Shown: positions 8,934-17,943 of the stretch, in pieces
How positions within the stretch are numbered: position 1 is the first letter of the stretch
Layout: each line of letters begins with the position of its first letter
From: Candidatus Heimdallarchaeota archaeon B3_Heim
GTDB taxonomy: Archaea > Asgardarchaeota > Heimdallarchaeia > Hodarchaeales > Hodarchaeaceae
Reading direction: 5' to 3'
DNA length: 32,000 bases
Assembly (NCBI GenBank): GCA_003144275.1
Contig: NJBF01000011.1
Span: forward strand, 30,001-62,000
Notes under the pieces: generated by a model
The model's input: only the letters and a program-made list of their open reading frames with translations
What the model was told of the DNA's origin: nothing
Databases searched by the model: none
Made by a program: the position numbers and the translations under genes

Positions 8934-9197
8934 ATGTCCACACAGTCTCAATTTGGATTCAAAAAGTCTTTGGATCGCATAATGCAGTTAATATATCTTT
9001 CTTCGAACGTTTTTACTGATCTTGAAGTTCAAAATCAAGTATGTGCTCTAAATGTCAAAGATTCCTACTCAGAAACAGAGAAAAATCAGCTATTAACTTA
9101 CTTTTTGGATTTGATCGAATCTCTTTCTCTTGAAAGGATTTATCTCACCCAAGACCCCAACGATGAGAACCGTTATTTCTACAATGGAGGATTTTGA
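8934..9197 (+). CDS. Hypothetical protein (~87 aa)
   Basis: ORF 8829..9197. ATG 8934 (MSTQSQ) is the more plausible start because the upstream in-frame stretch looks non-coding. Confidence 0.5.
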   Translation: MSTQSQFGFKKSLDRIMQLIYLSSNVFTDLEVQNQVCALNVKDSYSETEKNQLLTYFLDLIESLSLERIYLTQDPNDENRYFYNGGF

Positions 9198-9282
9198 CTT
9201 GTATTCAGAATACTATACTGTACCAAACAACAAATCCACTCCTAAGAAGAAATCAGTGTTACATTACTGGAAGGAACCCTCT

Positions 9283-9645
9283 ATGAGCTCGCAGAAAATG
9301 AACCAAAAACCAGTGGAGAAAGAAGAAAATAATCTGGAAGCCTCTCGTTTAGCTGACAGAGCATTATTATTGCTTTCGTTCAAAGATACACCTAGCCAAA
9401 ATTTGCATCATGTTCTACAAGTCTTGGGGATTCATTCTATAGAAGAAAAGAAAAGTATAATGCATGAGATTTTCCGACTAATTCGAGAGGGAATTGTATA
9501 TGTTCCCAAGGGTTTACCGTTACTCATTGATAAAGGAATAGACAATGTTAAGGATGTTTCAGAGATTGATCTTGTGCTTCTCAAACCATATGACCAATTA
9601 ATCTCTGAGATCCAGAGAGAGATTTCTGCTTTCAATAATAAATAG
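9283..9645 (+). CDS. Hypothetical protein, possible winged-helix fold
   Basis: ORF 9130..9645 with uncertain start (9184, 9199 or 9283). Segment IMHEIFRLIREGIVYVP resembles a wHTH recognition helix plus wing. Confidence 0.55.
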   Translation: MSSQKMNQKPVEKEENNLEASRLADRALLLLSFKDTPSQNLHHVLQVLGIHSIEEKKSIMHEIFRLIREGIVYVPKGLPLLIDKGIDNVKDVSEIDLVLLKPYDQLISEIQREISAFNNK

Positions 9646-9669
9646 GCTTAGTAGCAAGAGTTGAAGAAT

Positions 9670-10071
9670 ATGGCATCGCAAAATTCAAAATTGGTAAGCA
9701 CAGCACAGCTTAATGAGCTAAAAATACATTTAAGATTGATAAATAGTACTTGTGACAATGTTTTAGCTACTAAATGGCAACATATCCAGCATATGCAGCT
9801 AGATTTAGATTTAGACCCCAATATGAGTATTAAAGAATTAGCTCAGTTATATTATCAGTTTGATGATATAATAGAAATATTTAAACTAAAGTCTTATACA
9901 TTTCGCCAATTAGAAAAAATATTAGTGGAATTAGAAACTGTAAAAGATATGTTAGATATTTCCCGCGATACTCCACTCCAACAAATTGCCTTTCAATTGA
10001 CTTCATACGATATTTCAGCATTGGGCGTGGGAAAGAATTCCATCTTAGAAAAAATTATGACTTATTATTAA
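9670..10071 (+). CDS. Hypothetical all-alpha protein
   Basis: ORF 9661..10071, ATG at 9670. Helical heptad-like pattern; C-terminal ISALGVGKNSILEKI resembles an HhH motif. Confidence 0.6.
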   Translation: MASQNSKLVSTAQLNELKIHLRLINSTCDNVLATKWQHIQHMQLDLDLDPNMSIKELAQLYYQFDDIIEIFKLKSYTFRQLEKILVELETVKDMLDISRDTPLQQIAFQLTSYDISALGVGKNSILEKIMTYY

Positions 10072-10242
10072 TTTCATTATCTCCTCATGAAATTTTCCTT
10101 ATTGGCTTCTTATAGAGCATTAAAGACGTTTAAAGGCTGTTATAAGAAATTATTATTTTGATCAAGGGGTATCACTTTTGTCAATTCTAATCAAAATCTT
10201 AAAACCCCAAATTCTTTCATTGTAAAAAGAAGGTTAATCATA

Positions 10243-11745
10243 ATGTCACTCCCGTTTTCTATTAATTCTGCTCAAGATTGGATAGGAAATGTCCCATCTT
10301 TTCTTGCTTCCCTCGAGGAATACTCGGATTTTGTAAGAAATGCTGGTGCAACAAGCTATCTTGCGAATACCCTCGTTCAAATCTTGAATGAGGCGAAAGA
10401 AGACATTTTTTTCACGATTTATTCTATTCTTAAAGAATCCACTGACGTTGGGAAATTTGTGATGATTCAGATACTATTTCATACCTCTGAAATTTGGCCT
10501 GATGTAGTACAATTTGAACGAATACAACCTGTATTAACAGCACTTGCACTTTCACCTGACAAAATATATACAAAAGATGCCATACAATTATCTCAGAAGT
10601 TAGAAGCAATAACATCTAGAGGTTTACTGGGAGAAAAAGAAGATGAAGATATTTTTGAAAAAGAAGTGGATAAAGAATTAGCTCTTTCATCCCCAAAACC
10701 TTTACGAGATGATTTCTATGGATCAGTGAAATCTGAAAAGAAAAAGGCGAAGAAAAGTGTTCCAGCATCCTTTCCTTCCCCTAGTGCATCAAAACCCGTT
10801 CCAAAACGAAAAACTCCTCCAGCACCTGTTTCTGAGAAGGCTGAACCATTACCTCCTCCTCTCATGGTGTTTAGCACAGGAGCTCCAGGGTCTGCAAGAT
10901 CAGCATTATCTGAAAAAGAAAGCCTAGAGGAAGTTGAAGAAGAGATGGAACCTGGTTTCGAAGAACCTTCAGAAGCCGTAGATGATCTAGTTTTGGATGA
11001 TTCGAAATTAAAATCAGTGGTTTCTGATGAATCAATGGAGGTTGGCTCGTTACAGGAAGTACCAGCGTCAAAAACTGTTTTTACACATGTACACTATTTT
11101 AATAGGATGAACTCGCGAAAAACCTATCCTTTTACAGTATCAATATCGAGTGTATCCAAAGAAGTGAGATCTCGTCGAATGCACATTCTTTCAGGTGAGC
11201 GAGAAACAGAAAAGCAAGCAGAATTTGAACTTGATCATCTTACGAGGCATATCATGGTGGAACTCCTTATTTCTGGATGTCTAGTACAACCAAACTTTCA
11301 ATATGTTGATCCAGATAATTTACCAGTCGAATTAACATTCTACATTACCCCTCTTGTTGAAGCTGGTTATTCAGCTTCAAAAATTCAAGGTCAATTGCTA
11401 TTAAAGAATGATTTAGGCATAGTACTCCAAAATTTACCCCTTTCTGATATCTTTGTTGTAAGTAATCGAATCTCCAAGATTGCAGCAATAGTCGGTGCAG
11501 TTGGTGGGGGAACCCTCCCTGTACTCGATTTCCTGTTTGGTGTAAATTTACAAGATGCATTATCAGGTCAATTAGAATACTCAGCCCCAGAAATCGCTAG
11601 CTCAGTCAATGTTCGATCTTTAATTACCACAAGTCAAATAGCAATTTTTATTATATTTATTAGTATTGGATTGCTTTGGTGGTGGCGTAAAGGTCGTTCA
11701 AAAAGAGCTTCAGGAGAAAAACTCGCAATTAATATTCCTCAATAA
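10243..11745 (+). CDS. Hypothetical membrane-anchored protein: helical N-domain, low-complexity hinge, beta-rich domain, C-terminal TM
   Basis: 500-aa ORF. P/S/K-rich then E/D-rich linker at about aa 125-275; C-terminal IAIFIIFISIGLLWWWRKGR. Confidence 0.75.
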   Translation: MSLPFSINSAQDWIGNVPSFLASLEEYSDFVRNAGATSYLANTLVQILNEAKEDIFFTIYSILKESTDVGKFVMIQILFHTSEIWPDVVQFERIQPVLTALALSPDKIYTKDAIQLSQKLEAITSRGLLGEKEDEDIFEKEVDKELALSSPKPLRDDFYGSVKSEKKKAKKSVPASFPSPSASKPVPKRKTPPAPVSEKAEPLPPPLMVFSTGAPGSARSALSEKESLEEVEEEMEPGFEEPSEAVDDLVLDDSKLKSVVSDESMEVGSLQEVPASKTVFTHVHYFNRMNSRKTYPFTVSISSVSKEVRSRRMHILSGERETEKQAEFELDHLTRHIMVELLISGCLVQPNFQYVDPDNLPVELTFYITPLVEAGYSASKIQGQLLLKNDLGIVLQNLPLSDIFVVSNRISKIAAIVGAVGGGTLPVLDFLFGVNLQDALSGQLEYSAPEIASSVNVRSLITTSQIAIFIIFISIGLLWWWRKGRSKRASGEKLAINIPQ

Positions 11746-11791
11746 AATATACTCACTTAAAGGGACTCATTGGTCGAATGGATGAATTAAA

Positions 11792-12631
11792 ATGACCTTT
11801 CATACAGGAATTACTATCCAAGCAATAGGTGATTTAACTCCGTCGAATGTTGTTGATCTAGGAATGGCGATAGGCCTTCGACATATTGAGTTTGACCCCT
11901 CTGTTTTTCCAGATATTTCGAATGTGATGGAAAGGCTAAAAACGAAACAAACATCGATTCACGCTCCTTATATGGAAGATTACCATATGGATCTATCGTC
12001 GAATACTCCTGAAATAGACAAGTTAATTGATGATATCAATCGATGGAAAACACGAATGAATATCATTGGTGTTGTTGTGCATCCCCCCCTCGATGCAGGA
12101 GGAAATACGGAAAAATTTTATGATCGTCTGGAGAAATTACCACTTCCCTTGATTGAAAATATGCCATACCAATCATGGGAAGATTTTCTTGATTTCTATA
12201 ATACAACACAAGCTAATGTCAATAATCACTTGGGAATGTGTTTCGACATCCCCCACTCTTTTATAACAAACGGAGATAAGTTTCTTGAAATTCCTGACGA
12301 AGTATTAGAGCATTTAACATCTTCGAAGGGATATATTCATATATCGGGGGGAACAGCTTATGAAGATATCCACTATCCTCTGTTAACTGATGGAGACATA
12401 CCTTTTCAAGAAGTAAAGGACTTTTTGAGGAGGATTTCATTTTGTGGAACGGTTACAATGGAACTTAATCCAAGATCATTCCAAGATATTGACAAAATTA
12501 TTCGGTCTTATATCTTGATGCTTGATGTGGCTAAGAAGAAAAAGCATAAACTTTCAGTACAAATTAAACGACCATTTATCATGCGAAAAGTCAACAAATT
12601 AGCTACCTCAAAAAAAATCTCGAGGGAGTAA
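11792..12631 (+). CDS. Xylose isomerase-like / AP endonuclease 2 TIM-barrel protein
   Basis: Metal-ligand pattern HAPY, ENMP, CFDIPH, HISGG...DIHYPL..GDIPF, TMELNP. Confidence 0.8.
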   Translation: MTFHTGITIQAIGDLTPSNVVDLGMAIGLRHIEFDPSVFPDISNVMERLKTKQTSIHAPYMEDYHMDLSSNTPEIDKLIDDINRWKTRMNIIGVVVHPPLDAGGNTEKFYDRLEKLPLPLIENMPYQSWEDFLDFYNTTQANVNNHLGMCFDIPHSFITNGDKFLEIPDEVLEHLTSSKGYIHISGGTAYEDIHYPLLTDGDIPFQEVKDFLRRISFCGTVTMELNPRSFQDIDKIIRSYILMLDVAKKKKHKLSVQIKRPFIMRKVNKLATSKKISRE

Positions 12632-12648
12632 TAGAGGCCAAGCAATAA

Positions 12649-13152
12649 TTAATTTCTGAGCTCCTCAAAACATTTGATCTCTACGAAATTCTTGATTTTT
12701 CCCCACCTAGGAAGCATATAACCAATGTAAATGGGCAAGAAGAATAGTAGATAAAGTAAAAGGAATTCACTCCCTATTTGGGGGAAAATCTCCCGAGTAA
12801 GAATGAATAAGAGAATAATGGATCCAAAATAGTAAAATTGAATAACGGTTCGCATTAGTCCCTGTAAAAACCAGTGGATGGGTAGGTGTTTATTATGAAG
12901 AATGAAATAATAATAAGCTCCTATTGAATAGAAGAACATAGTAACTCCAACTAGTGAACTACCAGCCATACTTAGCAATATGATGTTTTCCCTTGAGAAA
13001 ATCATCCCTGAGAAAAAGAGAAGAAACCAAAATGCGATTCCAGCAGCCATAAGCCCATAGCTAAAACCGACAAAGCCTAGTGCCATCTGGATCTTGACAG
13101 GTTCCTTAGCACTTATTTTTTCGATTACATCTTGAATTTCCTGTTTATCCAT
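12649..13152 (-). CDS. Hypothetical membrane protein (~4 TM)
   Basis: 167-aa ORF with four hydrophobic segments. Confidence 0.65.
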   Translation of the reverse strand: MDKQEIQDVIEKISAKEPVKIQMALGFVGFSYGLMAAGIAFWFLLFFSGMIFSRENIILLSMAGSSLVGVTMFFYSIGAYYYFILHNKHLPIHWFLQGLMRTVIQFYYFGSIILLFILTREIFPQIGSEFLLLYLLFFLPIYIGYMLPRWGKIKNFVEIKCFEELRN

Positions 13153-13263
13153 TTAAGACCACTTTTTTTCTGACTGAATTCAAGTATTTTCTGATATTGA
13201 CAATTCTCTGGAGAATCCCCTAATAATGTCTACGTGGGGGGTCATTTTTCAGAAGTAGGAAAT

Positions 13264-14379
13264 CTAATCTTCAGAGTCGATATCTTCATCTATTGACAAA
13301 TATCCCCCATATTTAGCATGAATTGAACAAGTTCCTTCATTTCCAACCATACATGGACCTACAGGATTTTCTGGAGTGCATTTTTTATTAAAAAGACCAC
13401 AATCACGTGGATAGATCTTACCTAAGATGACATCAGCACATCGACATCCTTTTGGAATATCACTACCGCCTGAAACTGGAATCTCCTCTTTTAATCGAAT
13501 ATTATACTCATCATAAGTCTTAGCTAGTTCCAATCCTGATTTCGGTACAATCCCAATCCCTCGCCATTGGGAATCAACAACTGAATATGCAGTGTTAATA
13601 GCTTCCAGAGCTTTTAAATTTCCATTATGGGACACTACTCTAGTATAGAGATTCTCTGTCCGAGGTTGATCTTGAATTAGTTGTTGTAATACTTCAAGAA
13701 TTCCAAACATGACATCAGCAGGTTCAAAACCCACAACTACAATAGGAATTTGATGTTCTTGTGAAATAGGTTCGTATAATCCGTAACCAGTTATTGCAGA
13801 CACATGTCCTGGAGCAATAAAACCATCAACTTGAATGTCGGGTTGTTCTAAAAGTAGCTTCATAGCAGGGGGGACTAGTCGGTGAGAAGAAAGAATGGAG
13901 ACATTTGATGGAATTCGATTATTGATAAGTTCAATCGCCACCATTGGCGCAGTAGTTTCAAATCCAATGGAAAAAAAAACATACTGTGTGGAAGGGTTCT
14001 TCTTAGCTAATCGAATTACGTCCAGAAAGCTATAGACGATTTGTATTGCCGCTCCCTCTGCTCTTGCGGTTAATAAGGATCCCTGATTACTAGGTACCCG
14101 AGACATATCTCCAAAGGTTGCTAATGTATATCCGTTCTTAGCAAGCCAAATAGCTTGTTCTATGTCAATATTGGGGCAAACACAAACAGGACAGCCAGGT
14201 CCAGCAATTACTTCAATATTAGAGGGTAGTAATGATCGAATACCCCAGTGAGATATCGTATATTCATGTGTTCCACACACATGGCAAATTTTAACCTTTT
14301 TATCCCCGATTAGTGTTGCTAAATCAGTAATTTTCTTACCTAATTTCTTAATAATACCTGGGTCTTGATAAGACTTCAT
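13264..14379 (-). CDS. hypD: [NiFe]-hydrogenase maturation protein HypD
   Basis: CHVCGTHE, GPGCPVC, GFETTAP, PGHVS and C-terminal GCRC...CGLF...CTP.NPVGPCMV..EGTC. Confidence 0.95.
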   Translation of the reverse strand: MKSYQDPGIIKKLGKKITDLATLIGDKKVKICHVCGTHEYTISHWGIRSLLPSNIEVIAGPGCPVCVCPNIDIEQAIWLAKNGYTLATFGDMSRVPSNQGSLLTARAEGAAIQIVYSFLDVIRLAKKNPSTQYVFFSIGFETTAPMVAIELINNRIPSNVSILSSHRLVPPAMKLLLEQPDIQVDGFIAPGHVSAITGYGLYEPISQEHQIPIVVVGFEPADVMFGILEVLQQLIQDQPRTENLYTRVVSHNGNLKALEAINTAYSVVDSQWRGIGIVPKSGLELAKTYDEYNIRLKEEIPVSGGSDIPKGCRCADVILGKIYPRDCGLFNKKCTPENPVGPCMVGNEGTCSIHAKYGGYLSIDEDIDSED

Positions 14380-14411
14380 AAAAAGCAGAGCTCTCCTAAA
14401 GATTCTAAGCG

Positions 14412-14425
14412 TTTAAGTACTTAAA
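14412..14425. promoter_or_regulatory. Perfect 14-bp palindrome, putative bidirectional TATA box or operator
   Basis: TTTAAGTACTTAAA lies in the 70-bp gap between divergent hypD (ATG 14379) and the GNAT gene (ATG 14450), and reads TTTAAGTA on both strands. Confidence 0.5.
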
Positions 14426-14449
14426 GTAGTTTCAGCTGATTGGGATAAA

Positions 14450-14914
14450 ATGGACTCAATTACAATTAGAAAAGCCACAATTTCAGACGTACCAGCATTA
14501 GTTATGCTAAGGCGCTTAATGTTCGAATCTATGGGCTGTAATGATACTGAATTACTACATTCAGGAGATTTGGCTGCAAAAAAGTATTTTAACCGGTCTA
14601 TTTCGACAAATGATTTTCAAGGATGGGTAGCAGTAAATTCCGACGGCGTAATTGTAAGCAATATCGGAGTTGTTTTTGACCAGCATCCACCAGGGCCAAA
14701 CAATCTGTCGGGAAAAATCGCCTATTTGATGAATTTATATACACTAGCTAGTTATCGTAGACAAGGAATCGCCCGAAAATTGCTGGAGGAAGCTCTCACC
14801 TGGATAAAAGAACTGGGCATCACTAGAGTAGCGTTGCATGCAACTGAAATGGGAAAAGAACTTTACACAGGTATAGGATTTACAGAGACAAGCGAAATGC
14901 GTCTCAAGATGTAA
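14450..14914 (+). CDS. GNAT family N-acetyltransferase
   Basis: IRKATISD start; motif A YLMNLYT..SYRRQGIARKLL; LHAT..GKELYT.IGF. Confidence 0.92.
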   Translation: MDSITIRKATISDVPALVMLRRLMFESMGCNDTELLHSGDLAAKKYFNRSISTNDFQGWVAVNSDGVIVSNIGVVFDQHPPGPNNLSGKIAYLMNLYTLASYRRQGIARKLLEEALTWIKELGITRVALHATEMGKELYTGIGFTETSEMRLKM

Positions 14915-14929
14915 TATTTTTTGAAGTAG

Positions 14930-16306
14930 TCACTTTTTTTCTTTCGAGATTTTCTCCACGTATTCAGTTAAACTCTTCAAATCATCTTTTGAAAAAGCGG
15001 TGACTTCCATCTCATGTTTCTTGAATGGTTTTTCTTCACCGAGTAAGATGATTTCGGAATAGTTTTCTTTGGAAAGATCTTCCTTCAATCCATCTACAAA
15101 TGAATTTTGAAAAATTGGTTCTAGATCAATTTGAGGGGGAATTAGTATCAAAAAACGTTCTTCCTTTCCAGAAACTGAGATTTGTAGTCCATTATTTCGC
15201 TGAAGAACTCCAATTGTCGATCCTTTGGGTTTTCCAAGAGCAGTTTTAATTTTTTTACCATAATCGCTTAGGAATTTCTGATTTTTTCCTAACTCTTTTA
15301 ATATTGGGGTTTTCTTCTCTTCAGTTACACCTGCTAACCACTTTATTGCCTCACGTGGATTCCCATGAGAATAGGCATATGCGGATTCGATGTCTGATTT
15401 ACCTAAAGGCCAGGTAGAATTTTCTTCTGATAAAGAAAGATCGAATTTTTGATGAAAATCCTTTAACATGTGAATACAGTAATCTTGAATATCTTTCTTG
15501 GTAAATCGTTTCAAAAGAATGGGTGGTTCTATCCTACTCTGGACTGCGGTGCTAGATAAATCAAGAATTTTATCCCATAAGGTTGCAAGGCAGGCAAGGC
15601 AGAGTAGAAAATTACTGGCTTCATTGTGCATTTTTTTGATGCTTTCTAAGAACTGAAGCTCGGCTTCTGGTCCAAGTGCAATAAAAAGAGATTCTAACTC
15701 ATCTACAAAGAAAATAATTGGTTTATCTACGCTTTTCAGGATGACCTGAAGCGCCACAAAAGCAAGTTCTTCATCATCCATTATAGTTCTATGGAAGGAT
15801 TTAGTCTCTTCATCCAGATCAAACCCAGTAAACCACTTAAGAGCTAATTTAGATTGTTTAGGATCTTTCAGAGCAAAAAAACCTTCAATAACCACATTAC
15901 CTAGCCCAGGAAACTCAAAAGCCGCATTTTCAACTTTCTTATACTTCTGAACAAGGAAATCAGCGACAAACTCCAAAAGAGCTGCACCTCCTGCTTTCAC
16001 AGTCTCGAAGTAAAAATGAGAGAAAATTCTATCTGGATTAGTGGGTACAGGGAGATAAACAACATAAGCATTCGTGACCTGTTCACGAACAACCCAATAA
16101 AAATGGGTTTTTCCGTATCCAGCTTCAGCTATGACTGGAACAATCATTGACTCCCTTTTTTGTTTGCGTATGGTTTCTAAAGCGTGCGATATTCGATTTA
16201 TGGCATCTTTATTAGGTCTAACCAGGTTGAATATCTCTGGTACGTCTGCACGTGCTGTGAAATTATGAAAAGGATTTTCTATAATTAGATTTGTAACTTG
16301 AGTCAT
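14930..16306 (-). CDS. AAA+ P-loop ATPase, BrxD/DUF2791-like or initiator-clade-like, with an extra C-terminal alpha/beta domain
   Basis: NPF at the N-terminus, Walker A AEAGYGKTH, ALKWFTG..L, Walker B IIFFVDELE, QSRI, GNPRE. Confidence 0.75.
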   Translation of the reverse strand: MTQVTNLIIENPFHNFTARADVPEIFNLVRPNKDAINRISHALETIRKQKRESMIVPVIAEAGYGKTHFYWVVREQVTNAYVVYLPVPTNPDRIFSHFYFETVKAGGAALLEFVADFLVQKYKKVENAAFEFPGLGNVVIEGFFALKDPKQSKLALKWFTGFDLDEETKSFHRTIMDDEELAFVALQVILKSVDKPIIFFVDELESLFIALGPEAELQFLESIKKMHNEASNFLLCLACLATLWDKILDLSSTAVQSRIEPPILLKRFTKKDIQDYCIHMLKDFHQKFDLSLSEENSTWPLGKSDIESAYAYSHGNPREAIKWLAGVTEEKKTPILKELGKNQKFLSDYGKKIKTALGKPKGSTIGVLQRNNGLQISVSGKEERFLILIPPQIDLEPIFQNSFVDGLKEDLSKENYSEIILLGEEKPFKKHEMEVTAFSKDDLKSLTEYVEKISKEKK

Positions 16307-16312
16307 TGTAAT

Positions 16313-16780
16313 CTAGGCCTCGAATGTCAAATAGTAAAAAACGCCAGTACCTGTGTCAGAAGTAATTCCTCCATACCTCGCGTGAGATTTAGACATTGCA
16401 GTTTGTAAGGTCAACATTCCTTGATCGTGAAATGAGAGAACTTTCTTATCGAAATAGGGGTCGGAAATCTGATTCGAACTTAATTTCTCTCGTATCTCAG
16501 GAATGCGAACTAAGGGTTTCATTGGAGTTGCTAAGGAGTTATACGCCTCCTCTAATAAAGATAGAAATTGATTATCAGTAATATCCGTTTGCATAGGTTT
16601 TTGCCCATTTAAATAATTCTTACCATTACTAGTCAAGCGATAAACACTTTTAGTTCCTTTTTTTAACTGAATAAGTCCTCTCTCGCAGAGATTAGACAAA
16701 ATTCCTTTTTCTGTCTCTGTTCTAGCATAATAACCAGCATCTCCGAGAAAATGAATGATTTCAAGGTATGAAGTATGCAT
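16313..16780 (-). CDS. Small protein with two predicted winged-helix domains
   Basis: LCERGLIQ....VYRLTSNGKNYL (MarR-like wing) and LVRIPEIREKL....FDKKVLSFHDQGMLTLQ. Ends 6 bp upstream of the ATPase. Confidence 0.7.
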   Translation of the reverse strand: MHTSYLEIIHFLGDAGYYARTETEKGILSNLCERGLIQLKKGTKSVYRLTSNGKNYLNGQKPMQTDITDNQFLSLLEEAYNSLATPMKPLVRIPEIREKLSSNQISDPYFDKKVLSFHDQGMLTLQTAMSKSHARYGGITSDTGTGVFYYLTFEA

Positions 16781-17027
16781 AGTAAAGTTAGTTGAATCGA
16801 AGATTTTTAGGCCACATCTTACTTAGACAACATGAGGGTGATATAATCTGAAGATAACAAAGAGACAAATTAATGAAAGCAGGACAAACTGAGCTGATTA
16901 ACACCAGAACTCGAATGATGAGTAGGTTTGTCATTATGATATATCAATTAGGTTGCTGGATAAAGTCCATCTGTTTTGGATATGTTTATATTTCTATTAA
17001 TTTCATTTATGGAGATGAATAGATATT

Positions 17028-17759
17028 ATGGTAATTAAAAAATTAATCCCTTACGAGTATTGGAAAGGAGATCTTAGAACAATGTTATATTACCGACCCG
17101 AGGGTCTCTATTCTGATATGGAGGTTCCATCAGCAGCTGTGATTGATGTTATTGACCCTGAATTGGATGATCAATCTGAACCGATTGCTATTTCAGAGTA
17201 TTATACCGTTGATCTACAACATTTACGGAAATTTGTCAGGAATCATTTTAACTTTGATGTGATATTTTTACCCGATTTAGACCATCATCTGGTTAAACTC
17301 TTTGGACCCAATAAGGAATTGCGTCAAGTGGAACCTCTAATGCCGTTATCTAGGATTATGTATTTGATTAGTCCGCCGTGGCGGTGGGCCGCCCATCATG
17401 CAATTATGCTGGTGGATGAGTATGGGCGTTATAGGAACGTATTTAGAGTTGATAACTATTTTATTCATGAAAATAGGCACTTTCTCTGTTTTTATAAAGG
17501 AAGATCAGACATCATAGACTTCTTTGAGCAATTCTACGACTACGATGATTTTATAAAAAGGAATAGAAAATCATTGAGAATTTACTTACGGACATATCAT
17601 AAAGCTTGTTTAAGCAATAATAAAGTTCCTGAATCGTTAATAACTGAAATACTCCATGGTGCTCGGTCTCGAATGGAAGGATCAGAGGAGGGGTTTGGTT
17701 CTCGAGTATATGAAATGATTCAATACGTGTTTAAGGAGATGGACATCCCTTTTGAATAA
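17028..17759 (+). CDS. Hypothetical protein
   Basis: 243-aa ORF, soluble, aromatic- and His-rich. No family recognised. Confidence 0.7.
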   Translation: MVIKKLIPYEYWKGDLRTMLYYRPEGLYSDMEVPSAAVIDVIDPELDDQSEPIAISEYYTVDLQHLRKFVRNHFNFDVIFLPDLDHHLVKLFGPNKELRQVEPLMPLSRIMYLISPPWRWAAHHAIMLVDEYGRYRNVFRVDNYFIHENRHFLCFYKGRSDIIDFFEQFYDYDDFIKRNRKSLRIYLRTYHKACLSNNKVPESLITEILHGARSRMEGSEEGFGSRVYEMIQYVFKEMDIPFE

Positions 17760-17943
17760 GAGGAGCGTCCTTCGACTTCTTCGTATATTTCTTCAACATT
17801 TGTCCTTGGACTTGATAAGTTGCAATAAAGATACTCCCCTTTTTTATTGAAAAAATGCAGTCATAACCAAATTATCAAAGAGACAAGTTAATGTAAGTAA
17901 AACTTAGTGAGCTTGGTAAAGATCGAATTCAAGGGTTTTTCAA

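Noticed and set aside
9432-11560. Antisense ORFs at 9432, 10430, 10871 and 11345
   Set aside because: Nested opposite longer ORFs and have no protein-like features.
13264-14379. hypD with no adjacent hypC/hypE or hydrogenase genes
   Set aside because: Dispersed hyp genes are common in archaea, so this is uninformative without the rest of the genome.
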